DNA of 33,232 nt from a virus (taxonomy: Duplodnaviria; Caudoviricetes). The notes below the pieces were generated by a model, which ran no database searches, was not told where the DNA came from, and saw only the letters and a program-made list of their open reading frames with translations. The DNA lies in the IMG/VR virus record IMGVR_UViG_3300032305_000730, positions 1-33,232 of that record; one strand, 5' to 3'. Both the position numbers and the translations under genes were made by a program. This document shows positions 19,567-27,217 of the stretch, one piece after another (the first letter of the stretch is position 1; the number at the start of each line of letters is the position of its first letter).

Positions 19567-19826
19567 TACTTAATCTTTTTTAATTTAGGTAATTCTAATG
19601 ACTTCTCTTCTGATTGTCCTTGTGGTTTAATAGGATTTTGTAGATTTAAGAATGGTTTTAGTTGTTGGATACCTGGATGGTTGCCTGGAAATCCAATTGC
19701 CATACTTGCTAAGATTAAAATCATATCGTTAACTGATGTCATCTTTGACCAGTCTACCATATATACTGCGTTCTCATCTATTACTAATTCTTGTTCCTTT
19801 GGTGTTTGTGCGTAGCTAATTGCCAT
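19566..19826 (-). CDS. Hypothetical protein
   Basis: 86 aa; ends ELPKLKKIK, similar to the AIPKLKMLKK end of the 21045 protein. Confidence 0.65.
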   Translation of the reverse strand: MAISYAQTPKEQELVIDENAVYMVDWSKMTSVNDMILILASMAIGFPGNHPGIQQLKPFLNLQNPIKPQGQSEEKSLELPKLKKIK

Positions 19827-19832
19827 GTTATT

Positions 19833-20468
19833 TTATTTTTGATTTATTAATTTCATCCATTCTTTTGTATCATTGTCTCTTACATCTCTAACACTATCTA
19901 AGTCCGATGATGTAGACATTTTAGTTTCGATTGCAAGTCCTCTTAGTTGAAAGATGTTTTGTGTGTATGCGTGTATAAAGTTATCACCATACCATATCTT
20001 TAATCTATCAGGTATTGTTTTCCAATTATTTTTGTCAAACGAAAATAGACAACCCCAACCCCCTACATTGTTTTGATTATTATACCATTCAATAATTGCT
20101 TCTTTCGTTTCGTTTAATTTATAGTTGTCTGAGTGTGAACCTATGTAGCCTATTTCTAAAACCATTTCACATTGACTTAATATATTATAATATTCATTTA
20201 CATCAAATAGTATATCATCATTTGATATTGTAATGATTTTATTAGAACTTAATTCAACACCCATATTCCATGCAGGATTAACATATATGTTATCCGATGG
20301 TGTAATTACTCTCAATTTGTTATGAGTTGAAATTTGAGGTGTTTCTGCTTTATTATTATCTATTAGTATAACTTCACCAACCCACTCACAATCTAAATAT
20401 CTTTGGAGTAATTCTAAAGTATATTCTGATTTCCATATTGTAGGAATAATTACAGAGACTTTATCCAT
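19833..20468 (-). CDS. Glycosyltransferase, GT2-like (GT-A fold)
   Basis: VSVIIPT, EVILIDN, NPAWNMG, ISNDDI (DxD-like) and WYGDN motifs. Confidence 0.85.
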   Translation of the reverse strand: MDKVSVIIPTIWKSEYTLELLQRYLDCEWVGEVILIDNNKAETPQISTHNKLRVITPSDNIYVNPAWNMGVELSSNKIITISNDDILFDVNEYYNILSQCEMVLEIGYIGSHSDNYKLNETKEAIIEWYNNQNNVGGWGCLFSFDKNNWKTIPDRLKIWYGDNFIHAYTQNIFQLRGLAIETKMSTSSDLDSVRDVRDNDTKEWMKLINQK

Positions 20469-21043
20469 TGGTCTATTGATTTAATATTTAATAATTCATG
20501 TCTAAGTAATTCATAGTTTTCCCAACTTAATTCAATTGGATTTTCAAAACCAACATTGTCTGCATTAAGTCTAATACAACCAATTCCCCAATCTGTATCT
20601 ATTGTTGATACATCTAATCCATTTTTTTCTTTAATGTCAACAATAGACTTCCAAACATCACCTGTCCACTCTCTACCATTATCTTCAATAGAAGTTTGAT
20701 ATTCTGCAGTAGGTAAACAATCATGTACTAATATAGTTCCATTGTCTGAAAGATGTTTAAGTGAGTTTAATATATCTGCAAGACATTGTTCTCTTGTATG
20801 CAATCCATCAATAAAGATTATATCATACTTAACATCTGCTTCTAATGATTTGAAAAACATATCTGATGTTAATTCAACAATACTTTTATTTAGCATATCA
20901 GCAACAGGAAAAGGTTCTACTCCTGTTTTGTATTCTGCATTTACCTTAAAGAAATTAGATTGTGGATACTGAACACCTATCTCTAAATAAGATTTGTATT
21001 CATATTTTTCTATTAAGTAATTTATTACATCTGTTCTTTGCAT
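20450..21043 (-). CDS. Class I SAM-dependent methyltransferase (Methyltransf_24-like)
   Basis: YLEIGV, YDIIFIDGLH and GTILVHD motifs; lacks the DPPY/NPPY or PC motifs of DNA methyltransferases. Confidence 0.85.
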   Translation of the reverse strand: MQRTDVINYLIEKYEYKSYLEIGVQYPQSNFFKVNAEYKTGVEPFPVADMLNKSIVELTSDMFFKSLEADVKYDIIFIDGLHTREQCLADILNSLKHLSDNGTILVHDCLPTAEYQTSIEDNGREWTGDVWKSIVDIKEKNGLDVSTIDTDWGIGCIRLNADNVGFENPIELSWENYELLRHELLNIKSIDQWIKSL

Positions 21044-21044
21044 A

Positions 21045-21908
21045 TTATTTTTTTAACATTTTAAGTTTTGGTATTGCATCTGTTGGTGGTATGAATATGT
21101 TTTCTTTTGGTACAGACATTGTTGATTTCAAATGTTGGTATAAAGAATTAAGTTTATCACTTCTATCGTATTGGTGTACTATTGGAAATGCTTCTTCACC
21201 ATTCATTACTTTATTATCTTTTATTTCAAAATCGTCACCTCTTGTTCCAACTTGCAAACATATATCCTTTGATATCTTAATCTTATCCTTTACTAATTCA
21301 TTGTGTATAATTAAATTCAAACTTGATTGGTCTGTAAAGTGTTGTGTGTTACCTGCCTGTGATACTAAGTAATTCAATTGTAATAGGTTTTTAACCCCTT
21401 CTGCCTTACCTAATATAATTCCCACATTACCTATCTCTTTTGGTTTAATCCATTCTAAATAAGTCTCTCCATATCCTTCATGCATATTTTTCATTCCCCA
21501 TTGTTCCTCACTATATGTTAAACCTTCTGATGCTATGATAACTTCAATTCCGTTATTCCATTCCATACCTGTATAAAAGAATTTATTAAGACAGTCAGAT
21601 GGGTTAGTTTGAAATACTACATCTCTAACATCAGTAGTTATTACATAACGATAATCTTCATTGAATGGATTTTGTTCTAACACATACCATGTGTCAATTA
21701 ACCTTTTCATATGAGGGTGTCCTTGTAGTACCGATGTGACACATCCCCATCCCATTCTCTTTAAGTATAAATGTGTTTCTTCTGACAAGTTATAACATAT
21801 CATTATCTTATCACCTGTAAATCCACTTTCATGTATTGAGTTTACATATTGTTCTATCTTGTCAGCTGTATAGTTTGCACATGCTGAAATAATTAAGTCT
21901 TTCTTCAT
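21045..21908 (-). CDS. Nucleotide-diphospho-sugar transferase (GT-A fold)
   Basis: TDVRDVVFQTNP, NVGIILG, DQSSLN and IVHQYDR motifs; likely start is the ATG at 21908 (MKKDLII). Confidence 0.75.
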   Translation of the reverse strand: MKKDLIISACANYTADKIEQYVNSIHESGFTGDKIMICYNLSEETHLYLKRMGWGCVTSVLQGHPHMKRLIDTWYVLEQNPFNEDYRYVITTDVRDVVFQTNPSDCLNKFFYTGMEWNNGIEVIIASEGLTYSEEQWGMKNMHEGYGETYLEWIKPKEIGNVGIILGKAEGVKNLLQLNYLVSQAGNTQHFTDQSSLNLIIHNELVKDKIKISKDICLQVGTRGDDFEIKDNKVMNGEEAFPIVHQYDRSDKLNSLYQHLKSTMSVPKENIFIPPTDAIPKLKMLKK

Positions 21909-21909
21909 A

Positions 21910-22092
21910 TTATAATTTAATACCATCTGGACATCCAAATAGTTCGTTAAGATAAATTTGTCTTTCCAAACATCCACATGATTGTTTGTTAAATACTTTT
22001 ATTGCAATCCATCCTGCAATATCTTTTCCTCTACCTAATAATATAATATCTATGATTGCTGATACTATGTTTCCTACTTTAATAATGCACAT
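21910..22092 (-). CDS. Small CGC-motif protein
   Basis: 60 aa from the ATG at 22092; SCGCLERQIYLNELF. Confidence 0.6.
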   Translation of the reverse strand: MCIIKVGNIVSAIIDIILLGRGKDIAGWIAIKVFNKQSCGCLERQIYLNELFGCPDGIKL

Positions 22093-22102
22093 ATTTTTAA
22101 TT

Positions 22103-22471
22103 TTAATAAGGATAATTTGGGTGTTTTGGATTTGCAGCACCATACAATACTCCTGCTTCTATTCCGTATTTCATATTATCTAATTGGTGTACAAGTTGTA
22201 AGTTATCCAATGAGTTATTATGTTTGTCATGGTCTATGTGATGACATTGTAATCCATCTTTAATCATTCCTTTGTGACATTCATATACGAAACGATGTGC
22301 TAGATACATTCTACCTTCTCCTTTCTCATGTATACAAAATTGCTGATATCCTCTAGTATGAGGAACTTTAGTGATTTGCTTTACTTTATTAAACTTAAGA
22401 GAATAAATATTACCATCTATGTCCGATGCGTAAGTTGTAAATACTGGGTGTCTTTTTAATTCTAATGTCAT
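22103..22471 (-). CDS. HNH endonuclease
   Basis: AHRFVY...CHHIDHDKHNNSLDNL HNH signature with a NUMOD4-like N-terminus. Confidence 0.9.
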   Translation of the reverse strand: MTLELKRHPVFTTYASDIDGNIYSLKFNKVKQITKVPHTRGYQQFCIHEKGEGRMYLAHRFVYECHKGMIKDGLQCHHIDHDKHNNSLDNLQLVHQLDNMKYGIEAGVLYGAANPKHPNYPY

Positions 22472-22493
22472 TTTATATTGTTTTATGTTATTA

Positions 22494-22524
22494 GTAATAT
22501 ACGATTAATTTCTGATATTACCAA
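22494..22524 (-). promoter_or_regulatory. Host-type (Bacteroidota-like) promoter
   Basis: TTG-N20-TATATTAC, nearly identical in layout to 23222-23253. Confidence 0.65.
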
Positions 22525-22554
22525 CTATATATATCATTTTTAAAAGTGAAACGC

Positions 22555-22591
22555 AAAAAAAGCCAGAGGAAATGACAATAACCCCTGGCTT
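22555..22591 (-). terminator. Intrinsic terminator
   Basis: AAGCCAGGGG...CCTCTGGCTTTTTTT. Confidence 0.8.
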
Positions 22592-22706
22592 ATATTTAGT
22601 TAGTATCACACTCTATATTAATTAGGCTAATGCCGATAGAGTATTAATTAAGTGATACCATTATTATAACACAGTTTTTTAATTTTGTATTTACAATATA
22701 CTAAAA

Positions 22707-23192
22707 TTATTTCACTTCTCCAAATAAATTATCAAACTGATGCATCATTTGTTTTTGTTCTTTATCTAAACTACCTGTAATAACTTCTGCAAGCATATCT
22801 TGTCTTTCAGCTTTAGTTCCAGTTACAAGTTCTAGTTCAACAGTATCAGTACCAGTTACAGTTCCAGTTACAGTTTCCATATGTTTGACATATGATTTAG
22901 ATATGTTCTTCATACGATTGTTCCTTCTACTTTCTGAATATGTCTTTCTTCTTTCAGCTTCTTCCTTTAATCTTAAATTGTAATAATTACCATCAGCTGA
23001 TTTGTCAAACTTATTAAATACTTTTATATCAGTATCGTCTAAGTGTTCTTTCATATCTTCCTCAGTTAAGAAACCTTGTTGGTGTTGTAAACATAATAAA
23101 GTAATATACTTACCTTTTTGTTCCATTGTCATTGTCATTGTACCTACTAAGAAATCTCCTGAGTAGAATAATAGTGCCGGGTCTTTTCCCAT
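22707..23192 (-). CDS. DUF1376/YdaU-like replication initiator
   Basis: KDPALLFYSGDFL...GKYITLLCLQ...YYNLRL motifs plus a TVTGTVTG linker; likely start is the ATG at 23192. Confidence 0.7.
   Translation of the reverse strand: MGKDPALLFYSGDFLVGTMTMTMEQKGKYITLLCLQHQQGFLTEEDMKEHLDDTDIKVFNKFDKSADGNYYNLRLKEEAERRKTYSESRRNNRMKNISKSYVKHMETVTGTVTGTDTVELELVTGTKAERQDMLAEVITGSLDKEQKQMMHQFDNLFGEVK
22878..22920. repeat. Intragenic iteron-like array (four CATATG-like boxes, 11-bp period)
   Basis: CATATG 22878, CATATG 22889, GATATG 22900, CATACG 22911. Confidence 0.65.
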
Positions 23193-23221
23193 AATTGTTG
23201 TTTTTAATTGTTTGTTATAAT

Positions 23222-23253
23222 GTAATATACGAAAACTTTTTGATATTACCAAA
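23222..23253 (-). promoter_or_regulatory. Host-type promoter of the initiator gene
   Basis: TTTG-N20-TATATTAC. Confidence 0.7.
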
Positions 23254-23254
23254 T

Positions 23255-23325
23255 CATATGTTATTCATATCTTTATCATATAAATAAGTATGTAAAAGAT
23301 ATGTCAAACAATAAAATGTGGATAA
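23255..23325. promoter_or_regulatory. Second iteron-like array plus DnaA box (candidate origin or autoregulatory site)
   Basis: CATATG 23255, CATATC 23266, CATATA 23277, AGTATG 23287, GATATG 23298; TGTGGATAA (= TTATCCACA) at 23317-23325. Confidence 0.6.
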
Positions 23326-23340
23326 CTTTTTTTTGAGCAT

Positions 23341-23375
23341 AAAAAAACCCCAAAGGAAATAAATCCAATGGGGTG
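23341..23375 (-). terminator. Intrinsic terminator
   Basis: ACCCCATTGG...CCTTTGGGGTTTTTTT. Confidence 0.8.
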
Positions 23376-23423
23376 TGTTGTTAGAGTAAAAGGAACTAAC
23401 AACTTTTTATAAACAAAACTATT

Positions 23424-24086
23424 TTACATTAAAATTTCATTACTATATTTGTCCTCATAATTACTCCATAGTAAAGGCATCTTTTTCAAAGGGCCAAATC
23501 CTAATCTTGTATAGTAATTTCTTAAACGATTGATTACATTCCATATTTGCTTTTTAGGAACATCATCGTCATCTGGGTAAGGTGTAAGGAATAATGGTAT
23601 ATCCAATTCTTCACTTACATCATATAATAGATTTAATATCTTACTACCTAATCCTTTATTTCGTAATTTCTTATTTACATTTATACCATGTATCATAATA
23701 CCTTTTGCATATGGAACTAACAATAATTGAAAATCATCATTTTTAATTTGAAGGATATCACCGAAGAAAGGTAGTTTAGCCATCTTATCACTTTCAGTAT
23801 CCGTAGGAACATAAATGATTTGGTCGTAATTAAGAGCTGCATTAGCAATACCAAATTCAATATCTTGTAACTTACTTATGAAATGCGTTATAGCTTTTGC
23901 ATACTTTTCTTCACTTAAAGTAAGATATACATAATGTCCTTTATCTTTATCAAATACACATTTTGAAATTGCTGAATTTAATAATGCTTCTGGCGGCCAT
24001 TCCTTTTTAGGAAGGGTATCTTTCACTTTGAATAATTCAAACAATTTAGTTTGATTTTGTAATTCAATATCTATATTTTCTTTCAT
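23424..24086 (-). CDS. GNAT-family acetyltransferase with an N-terminal extension
   Basis: INVNKKLRNKGLGSKIL (acetyl-CoA motif A) and LRNYYTRLGF. Confidence 0.8.
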   Translation of the reverse strand: MKENIDIELQNQTKLFELFKVKDTLPKKEWPPEALLNSAISKCVFDKDKGHYVYLTLSEEKYAKAITHFISKLQDIEFGIANAALNYDQIIYVPTDTESDKMAKLPFFGDILQIKNDDFQLLLVPYAKGIMIHGINVNKKLRNKGLGSKILNLLYDVSEELDIPLFLTPYPDDDDVPKKQIWNVINRLRNYYTRLGFGPLKKMPLLWSNYEDKYSNEILM

Positions 24087-24102
24087 AACTTTTCTTTTTA
24101 TA

Positions 24103-24363
24103 TTATTTTATTTTATTTACTTCAATACAATATCCATTAACGCACCAATCATAATCTCTCGTTAATGCTTCACCTACTTGTTCTTCATAGATTTCTTTCA
24201 CTTCGTCTAATGTGATACCTTCTTCTAAACTATTCAAATCTAAATCATAGATAACTTCTTTTGGTAAATCTACTACCTGACCATCGGTGTCCCAATCAAT
24301 GTCAGTTACTTTAATTTCCACTAAATTGGGTTTCATCATTTTTACACTTTTTAACTTTTTCAT
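24103..24363 (-). CDS. Hypothetical acidic protein
   Basis: IDWDTDG...LP...YDWCV; preceded by the shared A-rich leader. Confidence 0.7.
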   Translation of the reverse strand: MKKLKSVKMMKPNLVEIKVTDIDWDTDGQVVDLPKEVIYDLDLNSLEEGITLDEVKEIYEEQVGEALTRDYDWCVNGYCIEVNKIK

Positions 24364-24388
24364 AACTTTTTTTTTATATTTTAATTAA

Positions 24389-24718
24389 TTATTTACCGAT
24401 ATTATATTCCTTACAAATACTTTCTAAATAATATTTTCTAATGATTTGACTCTCTTCTTCTGATGCAGAGGGTCTTTTTCTAACAACTCCATTTTTATCG
24501 GTATAAGAAAGTATATCGTTCATATAATCATATGCATTATCAAATGTAGGATATTTAGATAACAAATCTTTCCAATAAAGAATTTTTTGTTGATTTTCCC
24601 AATCATCTTTTCTCAAATCTTGCAGCTGTTTTTTTGTCATTTTATCATACCCTAAATCTTTCATCTGTTTTTTTGTCAATTTGTTTTTCATTTTGTTTTT
24701 GTTTACTTTGTTTTTCAT
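24389..24718 (-). CDS. Hypothetical protein, paralog A
   Basis: WKDLLSKYPTFDNAYDYMNDIL block shared with 24793..25161. Confidence 0.7.
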   Translation of the reverse strand: MKNKVNKNKMKNKLTKKQMKDLGYDKMTKKQLQDLRKDDWENQQKILYWKDLLSKYPTFDNAYDYMNDILSYTDKNGVVRKRPSASEEESQIIRKYYLESICKEYNIGK

Positions 24719-24758
24719 AACTTTTTTTTTATATTATTTTTTTGTTTGTTTGTTTATT

Positions 24759-24785
24759 AAAAGGGGAAGATATTTCACTTCCCCT
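24759..24785 (-). terminator. Intrinsic terminator
   Basis: AGGGGAAG-loop-CTTCCCCTTTT. Confidence 0.8.
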
Positions 24786-24792
24786 ATTTTGA

Positions 24793-25161
24793 TTATTTAC
24801 TAATGTTAAGTTTTTCACAAAGGGATTTTAACCAAATGTTTTTAACTTTTTGATAGTTTTTTTCCATACTAAGTTTTTTAGACGGAGTATTATTCCAAGC
24901 ATGGACTTTGTAGACTTTCTTAAATAATGTAATACCATCAATAACTTTTCCATTATCATTGGTAACACACAACAAATCATTTACCATATCATACACATTA
25001 TTAAATGTAGGATATTTTTCTATTAAATCACACCAATCCGTCATTTTTTCATTAAATTGGTCGGGATGAATTTGTGCAAGAAACCACAAATATTCTTCCG
25101 TAAATTGTTTGTCTTTAATTAAATTGTTGTCTACTTCGTTTGTCATAACTTTTTTAGTCAT
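24793..25161 (-). CDS. Hypothetical protein, paralog B
   Basis: WCDLIEKYPTFNNVYDMVNDLL block. Confidence 0.7.
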   Translation of the reverse strand: MTKKVMTNEVDNNLIKDKQFTEEYLWFLAQIHPDQFNEKMTDWCDLIEKYPTFNNVYDMVNDLLCVTNDNGKVIDGITLFKKVYKVHAWNNTPSKKLSMEKNYQKVKNIWLKSLCEKLNISK

Positions 25162-25213
25162 TTTACTTTTATATGTATTTTCTCACATATGGGAGGTTTT
25201 GTTGATAATTTTG

Positions 25214-25548
25214 TAACCGATTGAGTATCAATGAGTTAGATATAAGTGGTTGATTATCAACCTATTACATATCCACCTCTATACTCTCTCGACCCAATAC
25301 ATAAAGATACGACAATATTTTACTCCGGCAATGGGCTTTATGAGACGATTTGTCAAAATGCAAAAAATTCTTTATTGAGTATTAACGAGTTATACATATA
25401 TTTTTACCATATATGACAGATTTTGCTTAACTCATTGATTATCAATTGATTAGCTAAAAATATGTTAAATTTTTGTTAAAATGCATAACTCGTTGATTAT
25501 CAATAAGTTAGGAAAAAAAGGGGAATTTATTATGTTATCAACGAGTTA
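25214..25548. repeat. Array of six 25-bp quasi-palindromes matching the IHF consensus
   Basis: Starts at 25214, 25243, 25368, 25428, 25486 and 25524; consensus TAACTnnTTGAnTATCAAnGAGTTA. Confidence 0.8.
25302..25331 (-). promoter_or_regulatory. Host-type promoter inside the repeat array
   Basis: TTG-N19-TATCTTTA, close to the Bacteroidota -33 TTTG / -7 TAnnTTTG consensus. Confidence 0.65.
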
Positions 25549-25600
25549 TATATAGTGGTTTTTTACTATGTATAAAAACACACAGTTTTCACTTCGTTTT

Positions 25601-26758
25601 TTACCTACCTACATCTTTTAGGTATTTCTCTTTACAATCATTCCATGTCATACCAATTATGTTTGAATAGAATAAAGTTTCATCTTTTAATCTATTTTCA
25701 GTATGTAGGGTTGTATATCTTTTAATAGCTTTATCTTTCCACCAACGAATAGTATAATCATCACCTTCCATAAACTTATCTTTCATCTTCAAATCTTTCA
25801 CTTCAATTTTACCACAAAGATAATCATTACCATTCTCATATATGGATGCAAAGTAAACACCTCTTTTATATCCGTGAAAATATGAATTACCTTTAATACC
25901 TAATTCTTTGAATATTAAATTGATTACATTTTGTTTAGGGCCAGTTTTCAATTGTGCCTGTTTATACTTCTCTGGATACTTCTCTTTAATATAGTCTTTC
26001 CAAATGTTATAAATCCAATCGTCAGGTTTTATCTTTACTAACCCTGATGAATGTCCTAATCCTTTGAAATGAGGAATACTATTATATTGACTACTCCCAC
26101 CATATAGTGCTGTAGTTTCTACTGCAACTAATGTATCGTTATATCTTTCAAACCATTCCTTTCTAAAAACAGGAGAGGTAGTTAGTGCAGCAATTAACTT
26201 ACCACCTAAGAAATTAAACCCTAATGGTTGTGTTGGTATAATAGCAGTTCCAATACATGTATTGTTTAACTTACCATCCTTAAACTTATTATCTCTACTC
26301 CAACCTATAAACTTATCTCTAACACCTAAACTAGATATGTCCGAACCTAATGCAATTACTCCTAACAATTTACCACTTACTCTATCTTTGACAAATGCTT
26401 TAATATTTCTACCTGGGTTTGCAGTAAACTCCATAGAACTAATCAACATCCTAACATCAGTCCATTTAGTAGTTTCGTCTGTAATCTCTATGTAAGGTTG
26501 CAAAGAATTGATTTCTGCAATAGTTAAGTCCATGTCCATTATATCGGTAGGTCTCCATAGACTACCAATGTATGAATGTAGTATTGGTAATCTCATCATA
26601 GATGTATGTAAGTCATCATTAAACTCACCCCATTTCTTATAGAGTGTGCTTTCTTCAACTGACATACTACTTAATTCATTTAAGTTTTGAATAAGTAATT
26701 CCTTATTCTTATTAAAGTTAAATTCCTTTTCTATTATTTCACTATCCCAATATTTCAT
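25601..26758 (-). CDS. DruA/DUF4338-like protein
   Basis: PGRNIK...LLGVIALGS...RDKFIGW...NFLGGKLIA...ETTALYG.SSQYN pattern, recognised from memory; likely start is the ATG at 26758. Confidence 0.7.
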   Translation of the reverse strand: MKYWDSEIIEKEFNFNKNKELLIQNLNELSSMSVEESTLYKKWGEFNDDLHTSMMRLPILHSYIGSLWRPTDIMDMDLTIAEINSLQPYIEITDETTKWTDVRMLISSMEFTANPGRNIKAFVKDRVSGKLLGVIALGSDISSLGVRDKFIGWSRDNKFKDGKLNNTCIGTAIIPTQPLGFNFLGGKLIAALTTSPVFRKEWFERYNDTLVAVETTALYGGSSQYNSIPHFKGLGHSSGLVKIKPDDWIYNIWKDYIKEKYPEKYKQAQLKTGPKQNVINLIFKELGIKGNSYFHGYKRGVYFASIYENGNDYLCGKIEVKDLKMKDKFMEGDDYTIRWWKDKAIKRYTTLHTENRLKDETLFYSNIIGMTWNDCKEKYLKDVGR

Positions 26759-26764
26759 ATAATA

Positions 26765-26795
26765 CAATATACAAATAAATATTCATATTGCCAAA
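26765..26795 (-). promoter_or_regulatory. Host-type promoter of the DruA-like gene
   Basis: TTTG-N20-TATATTG immediately after a terminator. Confidence 0.6.
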
Positions 26796-26808
26796 AAGTA
26801 AGTGCATT

Positions 26809-26833
26809 AAAAAACCCCCATTCCTGAGGGTTT
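26809..26833 (-). terminator. Intrinsic terminator ending the late cluster
   Basis: AAACCCTCA-GGAA-TGGGGGTTTTTT. Confidence 0.85.
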
Positions 26834-26909
26834 AGTTACTTTTGGTATATTATCCTTACTTTACAAATAGAGTGTCTTAAATTAGGTTATAACCTATTTT
26901 GTGGGGATT

Positions 26910-27029
26910 TTAACGACCTTGTCCAACATTCTTTTTTGTTGGTTTATCTTTTGGCCCATTTCCCTTTTTAGCCTTACCTTTCTTTTTACTTTTTAGTACC
27001 TTTACTTGTACATTCATTCCTTTTGCCAT
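26910..27029 (-). CDS. 39-aa lysine-rich peptide ending GQGR
   Basis: MAKGMNVQVKVLKSKKKGKAKKGNGPKDKPTKKNVGQGR; TAATG coupling to the upstream gene. Confidence 0.7.
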   Translation of the reverse strand: MAKGMNVQVKVLKSKKKGKAKKGNGPKDKPTKKNVGQGR

Positions 27030-27211
27030 TATATTCCTTTGTATTTATTATTTGATAGATAACTGACTTCTAATTGTAGTGAGTGTATATCTTTTGATAA
27101 TTGTAAAACTAATTCTCTTAGTTCTGCTATTTGCTTTTGTTGTGCCTCTAATTTCAATTCCATATCATAAAGAGTTGAATTGAATTTGTCCTTTCGGAAT
27201 AAGTGCATCAT
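27029..27211 (-). CDS. Small coiled-coil protein
   Basis: 60 aa with a heptad leucine pattern. Confidence 0.6.
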   Translation of the reverse strand: MMHLFRKDKFNSTLYDMELKLEAQQKQIAELRELVLQLSKDIHSLQLEVSYLSNNKYKGI

Positions 27212-27217
27212 TTTATT

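Noticed and set aside
20450-21043. DNA methyltransferase
   Set aside because: It lacks DNA methyltransferase catalytic motifs, and its motifs and neighbours point to a small-molecule or sugar methyltransferase.
22776-22785. Late-promoter near-match AGTTATTACA inside the initiator gene
   Set aside because: It is intragenic, has a first-base mismatch and lacks the upstream TAAC at the expected spacing.
25214-25548. CRISPR array or integron attC array
   Set aside because: The repeats are degenerate, the spacing is irregular (gaps of about 4-100 bp), and no cas or integrase gene is present.
26883-26896. Perfect palindrome TAGGTTATAACCTA
   Set aside because: It is a single AT-rich copy with no supporting context.
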